From contig JALDZX010000002.1 in the NCBI GenBank assembly GCA_022813865.1, forward strand, positions 434,001 to 498,000: DNA of 64,000 bases, written 5' to 3'. This DNA comes from Xylographa opegraphella. Taxonomy: Eukaryota. Each line of letters starts with the position of its first letter. The first letter of the stretch is position 1. The notes below the pieces were generated by a model. It was not told where the DNA came from. It did not search any database and saw only the letters and a program-made list of their open reading frames with translations. A program made the translations under genes and the position numbers. Below are positions 52,012 through 64,000 of the stretch, piece by piece.

Positions 52012-52511
52012 CTACAGAACTGCAGCCACAGCTCCGCCAACCAGTCCCATTAAGCCGCCGCCAACTTCGACCCTCCAAGCCGCAGCGAGCGTTGCAGTAG
52101 GGGTGACAGCCTTGAGTCGGACGATCAGCGCATGGCTACTTTGATAAAGACATGAAACGGGACAGCGACTTACCATTCCGTTGCTTGTCGATGTGACGCC
52201 GGCTGTTGCAGCCGTATAAGTGGACGGTGTGGATGTAGTCATCGACCCTGATATAGTAGAGGAGGTAATTGTTGTCATGTGGCTCGTCACATCGCCGGTG
52301 TCGACATGGCTTAAGGTCGTTCCTCCTGAGAAGCTGTTCGTCGTGAGGGCCTGGTGTGTTGGTCAGCAAGCTGATACGACAGAAAAGCGTAGAGAAGCGC
52401 AGAGCAGCACTATCGATCATGAGCGACTGGCAACTGAACATTACTTACTTGGCTAGCTGACAGGCTGAGGGTAGCGACGAAGCTCAGGAGAAGCTTGGTT
52501 GAAATGTACAT
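52012..52511 (-). CDS. Small Ser/Thr-rich secreted, probably GPI-anchored cell-surface protein, 3 exons
   Basis: Signal peptide MYISTKLLLSFVATLSLSASQ/A, a T/S-rich core and hydrophobic C-terminus GGGLMGLVGGAVAAVL*. Two introns start with GTAAGT. Confidence 0.8.
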
Positions 52512-53654
52512 GATGAGTGGCTGATTTGGTAGTCGCGCTCGAGATGTTGCTCAGTCGATGCTTCTGATGAGGCTGGAAAGCTATTGCTGGGAGCGTTCAG
52601 GAGTAGATTGAAGTACAAGATTGCAAGTGTCGCATGGCAATGGTAAACAAGAGGAACATCGAAGCATAAACGACTAGTCCACATGAGCTGGAGCATTTTG
52701 GGCCACCCCGGATTGCTTGACGCTATCGTTGATTGGCAACGAGACGCAGATTCGACGTCATAGCGTTGCGGTCTTGCACTCCTAAAGAGGCATCTGCGAG
52801 GCGATATGCTACTGACTGATGCGGACGGCTCGATAAGCCAGAAGCTCTATCTGCCTTGGGGCTATCTCGATGTGCTGTAGGACGATGATGTCACAAATTC
52901 ACGGGATTTGTTTGTTCTGTGTCATGTGATATGACCAAGCTTGTTCGCAAATTAACCACATTCTCAAATGCCTATACGGCGAATTTATGCAACGAGGAGG
53001 CGAAGCAAGTGCCTGCAAGTGAGTGACGTTGTTGGATTTGTAGCGGCATCTGACTAGGCAGTCAACCCTCAATCTCTACTGCTCGCTTCTGGCAGAGGCT
53101 GAATGGCGGTGAGATGCAATGAGAGGCAAATAGCGCAGCTTCATTCTCCATCCTCAATTGGACCTGGCTGCAGAGCCGTAGCGGATTTATGGCCACTTGG
53201 AATTCAAGGATGGCAGGTTGCCAGCAAGCATATTGCCACCATATTGATCGCCAATGTTGGGCAGGCTGAGAATGCGCCGGAAATAGATTCTTTGATAGTC
53301 AGGCCCTTCCGAAACTTCACAATCTAGACGGGTGACACAATGTTCCCTACAGCAAAAACCGTACTTCCTTAACTGCAATCTTGTACCTTGCTCCGTAGAG
53401 TAACAGTCTAAGAACATAAAGGCGCGCGAGTTTAAATTCTTAAGGCTTGAATGTGACAAGCGCTAGATCGCGCTTCACGAGCCGCACCTCGGACCAAACT
53501 ACCTTAGGCTTCCTCCGCCATTTACATGTTTTTCATCACCTAGTGTCAGTCTACTTCTTGAGCACACACCACCCGTTTCTCCGTCGGCTTCAGTATTAAT
53601 CTATACCAAAGAAGATCAAATTGCTCTCCTATAACGTTGTGCCGGTCCGCGATA

Positions 53655-55330
53655 ATGGGCAAGAAAAGAGGACATCCTGATGTGGAAGAGATCTTATCGA
53701 GGCCCTGGTGCTACTACTGCGAGCGCGACTTCGGCGATCTCAAGATTCTCATCAACCACCAGAAAGCGAAGCATTTTAAGTGTGAAAGATGTGGACGAAG
53801 GTTGAATACTGCAGGAGGTTAGACCATATCTCGGCCTTCTTTCACAGATTCACTGATATTGTTTACAGGTCTTTCAGTTCACATGACGCAGGTTCATAAG
53901 GAAACACTTACCACGATCGAGAACGCGTTGCCAAACCGGTCCAACCTTGATGTCGAAATTTTCGGTATGGAAGGTATTCCTGATGATGTTGTCAGTAGTC
54001 ATAATCAACGTGTTTTAAGTCAATTTGCCCAGGCCGAGGCTGAACGTCGTGCCACAACTGGCAATCCTGGACCTGGTGGGTTAGGAACTGGCGTTATAAA
54101 GAAGCCCAAGGTCGAAGAGATATCAGATCTTAAGAAGCGTCTCGCAGAACATAAAGCAAAAAAAGCGGCCGAGCAAGCTGTTGGGATCAGTAGCGGAGAT
54201 GCGACTCCCGTTGATGGTGCCCATGGTAGTCCAGGTCCAGGACCAGGATACGGACAGAGCCCCAGCTTCGTGAGTTGCTCCACCTAGACTGACATGCATG
54301 CATAGTTAATAGTAAAGTCTAGGCTGGTTCGCCACCCTTTCAACCGCAAATGCCATATGGTGGTCCTCAGAATGGCTCGACTTATGCTTCCTATCCTCAA
54401 ACATATGGACAACCAGGTATGACCTTCCAACAGCCACAAGTTTTTCCTCAACAATCACCCGGCTTTGGCTCCCCTCCTATCCAGCAGTATCCTCAACATC
54501 AAGCCTTTCCACCGCCTCAGCAATATCCGACGCCGGGCAATCCCAACTTTGCACCTCCGCAATTTCATAACGGACCTCAAGCTCAATTCTCGAGCGGGCC
54601 GCCCCGACCGTTTGGAGCAGGCTCACCGCCAATTCCGTTTCACCAGCAACCTCAATATCAGCCACCCCGAACCCAAACACCGCCTCAAACACTTCCTATG
54701 ACTATGCGATCAGGTAGTTTGCCAATAGCACCTGGGCTCCCTCAACGACCATCATTCGGTGCACCACCTGTCAATGCCTTCCAGATGCAACAGATGCATC
54801 AAGGCCAGATTCCTGGACCTTCAAATCCATCACCTATTACGCAGCAGGGCCAAAATGTTCAGCATGCAATGTTGCCTCAGGTTGTCGGTGGTCCTGGCTT
54901 TGATAAATCTCAGAATGGCAGCCTCTCCCAATCAACTTCTCAAGCCTCGAATGTTAACGGTTCGGCACCTTCGATAGCACCTCTAAATGCACCTGAAACG
55001 ACTCAAGAAAAGTCGTCCAACTCAGAAGTGACTCCAGAGGTACCAATACCGGAAAATTGTTCCAATATTGCTACTTTGACCGCAACACAACCCGAAGGAA
55101 AAGCGGGAGAGCCACAGCTTGAGAAAAAGTCAAAGAAGGAAAAGGAGAAGGACAAGGACACTAGAATGGTCTATTCAGATAATGAAACCAGTCCTGAGGA
55201 AAAGATGGCCAAATTGTCGAGGTACGCATTCAATCCGGAAGGCAAGGAAGACACCGTATTAGGAGACGCAAGTACTGCAGCAGTAACAGGGGTTGATCGC
55301 GGATACGACGCTTTCTACGATAAGGAGTAG
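53655..55330 (+). CDS. C2H2 zinc-finger protein, ZNF207/BuGZ family, 3 exons
   Basis: [11 protein letters not shown]...[41 protein letters not shown], a P/Q-rich middle and the C-terminal SPEEKMAKL motif. Confidence 0.92.
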
Positions 55331-57555
55331 TTTTGTGCCAGAGTTGGCATTGGTCAGGCTCAAATTTCCGCCAGCACTATTCCACGGAGTTTCAATAAGT
55401 GAGAACGCTTAAACTTAACACTCACTCGTCAGTCCCACTCCATCGTGTTTACAAAGCTAAGTTTACGGCCTGCCATTGTCTTTTGTACAGAACACATCAA
55501 CATTGATCAATGAAATAGCGACCATCAGTTTACTATCTTGCCATTGAAGGGTATTCACTGGTGGCTAAAAAGAGTAACATGAAGTGAGTTGGCTTGGGCA
55601 TTGTTGTACTGCTCTTACTGATAGCTGTCTTGGTGGCCAATCAGCCCTTCTGCATCTACCAAATGAGACGGCAGGAATTTTTAGGATGGCGTAGTAGCTT
55701 TATGACTTCTTCCGATGCTGCTTCTATGTAAGTGAAAGAACGGTCAGTCTTTCCAACCTAAAATTCGTTCCTGCTGGTCATGCAGCTTTGCAACTCCAGA
55801 CCGTAGTGTTAGATTGTGATTGGTTAAGGATTGAAAGACGAGTTTCTGTTTACGGGGATATTTATGGTTATTAGCTAGGATCGTTTTCCCACTTGTATAG
55901 CTTTATCCTACATGCAATCCAAACCAGGGATTTCATTGACTTCCGATCGCTTATTCGCCGTGATGAGGGCGTGCTTGCTCTATTGATAGCAATGCTGCTA
56001 CAACATATGTCTACGATATCTATTTCAAGCTGAGTATTTTGCACTTTTGAAGAATGCTGACTATTTAATGCACTGTGAATTTTTCGACCGGTCACAGAAG
56101 TCCGGGATTGCTAATGGTGCTTTCCTGTTGTGTGCGAAATGAGATTCAACTTCGAGATTACTTGACTTCTTTGTGATACACTGGGCCGCAAATCAACGCT
56201 AAAGGGCAAGATACGGAACCACGCTCAGCATATATATGGGTCTTTCCAGACGGTGGAATATGTGCGTAATGCCGGTACTGTTACCGTCAGGACAAATCTA
56301 CCTAAGCAGCAAATTGCCTCAAGCAAAACAAACATGTCCGCGCCGATGTGTAGGCCTCAACGCCAGGAAAGGCACCGAATTCTGTCACACTACCAACCCT
56401 GTTTGGCAATGTGTCAAGTATGTTATGCGTCCTGCTTTTCATACTTTGCTGCAAAAGTATGGAACTGCCAGTGCTGTTGCGGCTAGAGCAAACAACAAGA
56501 TAATAGTGCAAAAACGTGCTAAAATGCATTATAGGAATCTGCCTATGAGGAAACTCTGGACTTCAATGATGTTACTGAGGATAGAAAGCTACTATGTCAT
56601 TCTACGACTAGATGTCGGAGCACCAGCGTTGATATTGTAATCATTGCAACAGTTTCATCACAGTAACCCGCAGGATCAAAGGAGTGGCCACCGTTTGTCA
56701 TGATGAAATCCTATAGAACGAATAGAGCATTCTCAAGTTATAATAACCTGAGTGCCTTCGATCATAGCTATGAAACTTACATTCAATGATAGACTTATCA
56801 GTTAGGAATAGCTGTGAGCAATGTGCAAAGGGACAATAGATAGATACTTTTGACTCATTTCACTCCATCTGAAGCGTATATGCTCTATATATTAATATTG
56901 TGACATGGACATATCTCTCGGGGAAATCCTGTCATCGGATAATCGGTGAAACTCTTGCTTGCGGCCCAGTATTACCAACACCAGGCTCGGCTGCCGGTGT
57001 TTTCAAGCGTGTGCCTCGAAGGACTCGAAAACAACTATGATTGGAATAATGGGATGAAACACTTTGGTACGGCTCGAACTCGCCAATGGCAAACTCGACT
57101 GCAGCCTTGACGGGTTCCTGGAGTATGCTCGGACTGGGTCAAGTCTTTGAGTACGGCCTGTACCAAATGCATCGTTGTGGGCCTGTGGAAGCACACAATT
57201 ATGTCGGAGAGAAAAGCCTTGAGGATGATGGAATCAGCCTTCAAGGGATAATATTCTGAATAGGCTGAACTCTTACTTGTGATGATTCTTACATTTCTCG
57301 TTGGAAATCGTGAAGTTGGGAGCACTCCAAGCACTGACGCGCGAGTACCTACAAGATCACAAATTTTAGTCCTCATTTGTACTAGCTTCAAGTATCGGTG
57401 CCCAAGCGAGTTGAGCTAGCTCCGGCCAAGCTCCGCCGCGGCATTTGATTCGAGACCCCGCGACGCCTACCAACGCGACGCCCCGTCACAGCTGGACTAC
57501 CTGCAAGCTCGAACGTTCCGACGGAAACTATTGCAATGATTTTGCGGGCGCGAAG

Positions 57556-59583
57556 ATGGATCCCAGCTACAACAGAGAGCAGAAGCGCGGACAGGATTGC
57601 TACCGAGCGAAGAAATACCAGGAGGCGTTGCGCTGCTTTGATGCTGTATGTAGCTCTGATCTCCGACTGGAGTCAGGTAGCTGCTGATGAATGGTAGGTC
57701 ATAGCAGGGTGTGAGGACCCCCCGTTGAGTACTCTAGATAATCGTGCCGCTACGTACACAAAGCTCGAGGAGTTTCCGAAGGCTTTGGCAGATGGAAGAC
57801 ATATGATACAGGTTGCCAAAGCAGAGGTCACTGTACGTCGATCGCCCTTCAATTCAGGCTTCTGCTCGCTGCTGAAGTTGTGACTACGTCCATCTGTACA
57901 TGAGCGTGGACTTTCTTAAGCATGATACCACTGTTTCCTGCAAGCAACTGATCTTGATTAGGGGTATCTGCGGACGGGACAAATACTTCAGTTGATGGGG
58001 AAAGACAAGACAGCACTTGGCATCTATGAATATGGCCTGAAAAATGTGCCACGTACCAACGAAAACCTCAAGGTTGGCCTTTGTGAACAAGAATAGAGCC
58101 CTGGAATTCTTACTAAGATCGGTCAAATAGCTTCTGGAAGGAATGCACGAGAAACTTCTCAGAAAATGCTCCGCCATGGACCCTTCTCTAGCACCGAGAA
58201 TCAAAGACCCTTTGAAGTCTTTGCCAATGGAGCTTGCACAAATGGTTCTACAGAATCTGAGCTTTAGGACTATCGTGTAAGAAACCCCCAGCACGATTAT
58301 CAAAAAGTAAAGGTTTACTAATCCTTTTCAGGAGCTTGCTACGTGTCTCTAAGCTGTGGAAAGCGACTCTCGAGTCAATACCTGCTTTATGGCGACATCT
58401 AGACCTCTCCCAAACCAGAAAGAATGTCCGCTTCAGCGCAATTAAGGCCTGCGTAATCCGATCGGCTGGAACATTGACTCATGCTACTCTGTCACATTTT
58501 GATTCGGTCAACAGCGATGCCTTGACATATATCGCCTTGAGATGCAAACGTCTAGAATACTTGGAGCTTCGTGCCGGTATCAGCAACGAATCTTTACTGA
58601 AAGCTGCTTCGATTGCATCAAGTTTGAGAACTCTGATCCTCTTATCCGGCCACGAAGTCTCTCTCGATACAGTGACACAGTTGCTTGCGCGGAGTAAGAG
58701 CCTCGAACACGCAGAATTCTATATTCGGACCCGCGGCCACGCCGCTAAATGGGAAGGTGACCTCTCGAAGCTGCGCGTTCTCAAACTACATGCTGCAAGA
58801 GATAGCCAAGGATCCTTGCGTCTTGAGCTCGTTCGTCCCCCTTGTTTTCTTCCATCCTTCCAGTCACACTGACTCCTGATTCAGGACGACCTATTCACTA
58901 AAGCTCCTCACCTACACACCCTCAGCCTTCAGACTCGTACCACCACGAGCCCCCGTATTGAATCCGACTACTCGTCCCTCACCTCGCTTCGCTCGCTCGC
59001 CCTGACCGATGTCGATATTGCCACCTTTCCGTGCCTGCCTCCGTCTTTGCAGTCCCTCTCTCTCACTAATGCCTGGGGCATCGGCTCCCGCTCCGACCTC
59101 GCAGATGCTTACATGGAGCGCAATGACTTTTCCGCTTTGACCTCATTAACTCTCTCCGCCGTGCGCTTCGTCCGCCGTGTAGTTTTGGCCAGGCTTATCT
59201 GCAGTGGAAAAGACAAGCTACAGAAATTGGACCTGCGGGACTTTGACGCAAGCCCGGGTATCACAGAATTTATCAACGAGGGGCATCTGGCGGAAGTGAC
59301 GGACTTACGCCTTTCAAATGCAGATGTTTCGGATGAGCTGGCGGCCCTGGTGGCAAGTAATTGCCCGAAACTCAAAGCTTTCGACGTCAGCTATAACATG
59401 AAGCTCACGGGAGTGGGAGTCAAGGCCTTGGTGTTGAAGGAGGGCGGCATCCAGAAGCTGAACCTGGATCATTGCGTCGGGGTGGGGTGCGATGCGGTAG
59501 AATATGCTCGTGGCAAGGGCGTCGCAGTACAGTTCACGTTTCCAGATGTAGTGAAGTCCGGGAAGAGGGTGAGGTTGGTCTGA
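57556..59583 (+). CDS. TPR + F-box + LRR protein (Pof3/Dia2-like SCF substrate adaptor), 6 exons
   Basis: TPR (YQEALRCFDA...LDNRAATYTKL...GYLRTG), F-box (DPLKSLPMELAQMVLQNLSF...LLRVSKLW) and C-terminal LRRs (CPKLKAFDVS...LTGVGVK). Confidence 0.88.
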
Positions 59584-59923
59584 TGGCGCTTTTGTTGAAG
59601 CTTGGTTCAACTTGTGCATGTCTATGGGAATTAGGTCTTGGGAATTGGGAAATTTTATGAACAGGCTTGGAAAGAGATCTGGTTGTTTTGGATATGTGAC
59701 TCAATGGGCGACGGTGCTGGGCTGGAATGTTGACTTATCGTTATTGTGATAATTATCAAGCAGGTTGGCAATATGATACAGAAGCGGGTCTTCGAGTGCG
59801 TATCAGTCTCATGAACACTATCACTTCGCGAACTATATCGCGTAATGCTCCAAGTGCCTTTGTGGAATCCAATGACCGCCGTCCGGAGAGGAGCCGATAG
59901 CCTACAAACGACTGAGTGAAACT

Positions 59924-61656
59924 CTATCCCCCAACTCTACCCTCCCCTCGCTCTTCCCCACCCTTCTCCCCGCCGCGCTCACCAACCTCCCCGCCCCCTC
60001 CCTCCCCCTCCTCCACCTGCCCCTTCCGCCTCCACGTCAGCACGCCCCCGGTGTACACCACAACCGGCACGCTCGTGACGACAGCCAACAAGCCCAAGGT
60101 CAAGCTCATGACGCCCCAGCCCGCCTGGCCGACGACAAAGCCGCCCCAAATAGGGCCAATCAGCGTGCCCGCGGCAAAGAAGACGTTGAACAACGCATAC
60201 GCCTGCGCGTACGCTCCCCGCTCGCCAAAGCAGCCGAGCGTCTTCCGCTCGCGCGCCTCGACGACGTACGTGACCTCGGCCATCAGCGGCACCATCGCGG
60301 TGGCGAGGCCGGCGCCGACGAGCGCGAGCAGGGCGCACAGCAGGACTTTCTGCCGCAGCGAGTCGGCCACGACGAGGCGCAGCAGGACGAGGGGCGGGAA
60401 GGCGAAGGCGAAGCCGGCGAAGGCGAGGTAGCGCGGTCCGTGGCGGTCGGCGAGGAAGCCGACGAGCGGGGCAGCGAAGGAGGGCATGATGAGCGGGAGG
60501 AAGAGCAGGCCAGCGCCGGTGGAGGTCCAGCCGAAGGTGGAGGCCGCGTAGAGGGGGAGCACGGAGTCGAAAGCCGTAGTGAGCGTTGCTTGCACGAGGC
60601 ACGCCCACAGCGCGGACAGGAGGCGGCGGGAGGAGAGGAGGGTGAGGATGGGGGGCAGGTGGAAGCGGGCTTTGGCGCTGGGGTCCGTGGCCGTGGGCGG
60701 GAGGGGGGTGTCCGGAGCGGGCGACAGGGCGGCTGGGAGCGAAGCCAGCTCCGCGGGCGGCGCGGGCTCGTCGAGCCACTTGCGCGCGACCTTCTTCTCG
60801 ATCAGCAGCAGGCGCAGGGAGATGTCGAGCACGATGACGCCGAAGGCAATGTAGAAGACGGCGTAGTAGCCGGCGCGGGCGTAGACGATGCCGCCGAGCA
60901 GCGGGGCGACGAGGAAGGCCAGGCTCATGGCCAGGAAGACGGAGCCCATCGTCTGGCCGATGTCCGTCTGGCCGACGGTGTCGACCAGCAGCGCCAGGCC
61001 CACCGTCCAGACGATCGCCGCGCTGAGCCCCTGCAGCAGGCGGCCGGTCACCAGGACGCCGATGCTGGAACCGACGCAGAGCATGACGGTCGCGCCGCCA
61101 AGGGTGAGGAGTCCGACGAGGAGGGGTAGTCGCCGGTTGGGCGCTTTGTCGGCGAGCCAGCCGCAGAAGGCTGGGGTGGGTCAGTAGGGACTTGCCGGAA
61201 AACGAGGGAAGGGAGGGGAAGGCGTACGGGATGCGACGAGGAGGGCGCCGCCGTAGACGGCGAGGAGGACAGAGACCCAGTGCTGGACTGAGGAGCAGGA
61301 GTCAGTTCCTTAGGTTTGTCCCGACAGTCAAGGGAACAACAATGTACCATCGTCTTCAGCAACACCGGCCCGGGTGGAAAGTGCAAACGGTACGACGGGC
61401 ACAATCTGCAACCCGTCAGGTTATGTTCTCTCGCCTCTGCCAAGGACGCCGACGACGACACACAATGCCATAAAGAAAGATATCCTGCACGCCCCAATCA
61501 GTTTCGGGTTCGTGAAAGCAGAAAACACCCGTTCCATTATCGTACAGTAAACACCGCACATGACACCGTCATCAGAATAAACCATCGTGCCGACCTCAGC
61601 TTCAGGAATGGTGGCGGTTTCGCCGAACCACCAGTACCGAGCAGCCATGCGAACAT
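59924..61656 (-). CDS. MFS transporter, vesicular amine transporter (VMAT/SLC18)-like, 5 exons
   Basis: AVFT/DIFLYGI/IVPVVPFAL, CGWLADK, GRLLQGLSAAIVWTVGLALLVDTV and AYAQAYALFN. Confidence 0.92.
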
Positions 61657-62317
61657 ATCTACAACGACAGAAGCAAGATTCGTAATCTCATTGTAGTAAA
61701 CTCAATCCAAAGCTCAAGGTATAACATTGATGAAGGAAAGTACAAAGATCAACGCAGCATATTTGAGCATTTTCACAGTGATGATGATTGCGGCAGTCCT
61801 GAACTCCGGCTCTAGTCCAAGTCAAAACCTGAAGCAAGTTAGTCACTTGCGAATAAATTACAAGACTTACTCCAGGTAGTGACCTATTTCCAACAGTGCC
61901 ACCTATGGAAGACGAGAGCATCGTTCACTAATGTATAATTAACACTCGCAGAGCTTTCTGAGACTGACGTGGGTGGCTACACCTGCCGCATATGCCCTAG
62001 GATGGCCAGCTTCAGCATGCTAAAACTCCTCAACTCCGTGAACGGAATACTGTGGTATGTGCACATTTTGCGCTCACAGGCACCACTATCATGCTTTACT
62101 ACAATTTGGAGATATCCTATCATCTATGTACAAACAATCTAGTTATACAGGCGGCATCGCGGAGCGACCGAGCGTGTATTCGTGACCCACCCAGATAAGA
62201 GATTCACCCCTTGCCATGATCCTCTCCAAGCGCCAGGACACCAAGCCCAACTGCAATACCCATACAACGCCCAGACTGCCTGCCCGTGGTCTACCGAAAC
62301 AATGCATTCAGCGCCAA

Positions 62318-64000
62318 TCATAGCTTAAGGAAGTCATGCTTAACATTGATCAACGCCCCAGGACCACCGTGTTCACTGATGTCACTAACGAGAACCTCTG
62401 TTTGCTGGCAGAGCCGCTCAAGCGCTGCTGCCGAAGACTTTCCCAGCGAGACTAAAGCAGAAATCAGCATCCCAAAGACATTCTTAGCGAATTGACTAGT
62501 ACCTAGGATTGCAGAATTGAGTTCCTCCGCGACCGGTATCCGGCCGGAATTCTTGATGACGGCCGCCGTCGGAGACTTCCGAGGATCCTCGTATGCGAAC
62601 ATTGCGAAAATTGACTCCAGGGTGCTCTTGACTTCTTTGCTGGGATCGTCTTTGTACTCGTACTTCAACTGTTGTGCATAACGCAATGTCTCATTGAGGA
62701 TCTCTTCGTATCTCCTCGAATTGTCCATCTCTTCGGTGTCCATTCGATCCCAGTCCTCCCCGTTGGGCATAGGGTCATCGAGCTCCATTGCTTGGCCGAA
62801 AACCTCTTCCGCATGGCTATTGGGAGGCTTGGAACGTTTCTCGGAACTTTCGCTGAGCAGCTCGGTAGACTCCCGCATCATCTCAACAAATTTCCTGCAT
62901 CGTAAGCGGAAGTGAATGCGTGGATTGTCTTTAAGCACATCCGGGTAGTATGCATTAGTGCGTTTGAGAGCTCTATCAATGTCCCCTTCAAGAATAGCGG
63001 CACGAATTTCTAATGAATTCAATGTTAGTATTGCACGTCATTGCTATAGGCGTAGAAGCACCCACGTTGCCGATTAATAGCATCCAGGTCCTCGTGTGTG
63101 CTGAGATGGTCAAGATGGTCGTCCGATCCTTTATTCAGTGCGTTCGACTCTGATGTTATTTCGGTTGCGAATGCTTTAGCTGTATCAACATATCCCGCGT
63201 GTCGCAGGAATTGCGCAACCAGCTCTTTGACTAGGGCGTCTTCCGATAAGGGTGGGTGTAGCTGTATGGTGTTTGCCGAATTGATAGAACTCATGATGCG
63301 GGATTTCTCGCACTGCAGATGATCAGTATAGCCTAGTAAGCAGGAGCTTTCGACCAGGGATACCCACGGCGACCATGCCGTCTATGTCAAATATGAAAGG
63401 AGATTGGCCGAAGTTCACTCTAAGTTGTGCTCCCGGCCGCTTTGCGCCGACCGAAGGATATAATTTAATGCCTTTGATATCTCGAAATGCATTTCCTGTG
63501 GCGCGATTAGAAGGATCAAGGTCGAAGTTCAAACAGTCAATGCTCACCTTGGAAGACGCCGTTTTTAGTGAAAAATGCAGAACCTGTCAAGAAGTTGACG
63601 CCGCACCCGATGATATCTTGATTTGTAAATGTTGGTCCATATTTCTTCCCAGTCGATTGGCAGCAAAAAGTCATTCCATCATCACCATGATAGGCCCATG
63701 AGTCATTTTCCCAGCCTGGCAGTTTTTCCAAAGATACTTTCGGTCCCGAAAAGCCAATACCAATCATGCTGAACAAGTTAGCAGATGCAGAATAATCGGA
63801 GACCTGCAGTACAAACCCGTCTTTGCCTTTTGAGATTATTGTGACTTCGTAGTAGTAAATGCCACACTGCGACGGCATGGGATGATTTGCCCGAGCAGCA
63901 GCAGCCTCATGCTCGTGGGTTCTAAGAGGACCTGTGTATCGAACCTCATGCCCGTCTCCAACAATTTCTAGCCCTCCATACTTGTCCAGTTCGAGCCACT
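62318..64000 (-). CDS. RanBPM/RanBP9-like SPRY-LisH-CTLH-CRA protein (GID/CTLH E3 complex); 5' end lies outside the window
   Basis: SPRY (GIYYYEVTI, LPGWENDSWAYHGDDG, VNFGQSPF), LisH (LVAQFLRHAGYVDTAKAF), CTLH (IRAAILEGDIDRAL...FRLRCRKFVEM) and CRA (VAEELNSAIL). Confidence 0.92.

Noticed and set aside
56700..56752. ATGATGA...CTGA C/D-like pair (similar case near 61779-61832)
   Set aside because: Too short, with no terminal stem and no recognisable rRNA-complementary guide.
59916..61187. Several long overlapping/antisense ORFs over the MFS gene (likewise 47366-48217 and 2031-2891)
   Set aside because: Shadow frames produced by high GC and few stop codons, with low-complexity translations.

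Overview
Gene-dense, intron-rich genomic DNA from a filamentous ascomycete (Pezizomycotina-type GT..CTRAC..YAG introns, mostly 50-70 nt). About 21 protein-coding genes can be assembled by hand: SCP2-like peroxisomal lipid-binding protein, an F-box-like conserved protein, Sln1/TcsB-type hybrid histidine kinase, Zn2Cys6 factor, two orphan proteins, a zinc-ribbon protein, an AbaA-like TEA factor, MRD1, dynein light chain, DUR3/UreA urea transporter, two SDRs, an RMD1/RMD8-family protein, two divergent grg1 paralogues flanking a GH128-like glucanase, ACH1, a small GPI-type protein, ZNF207-like protein, a TPR/F-box/LRR protein, an MFS transporter and a partial RanBPM-like gene. The most notable items are an intronic box C/D snoRNA (snR64-like) in MRD1, an apparent Ufd1-like zinc-finger fragment in-frame in the N-terminus of the TEA factor, a shared ATF/CreA promoter module on the two grg1 copies, and a 6-nt microexon in DUR3. 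I saw no tRNA, rRNA, CRISPR array or intact transposon. Family assignments come from recalled motifs, not database searches.
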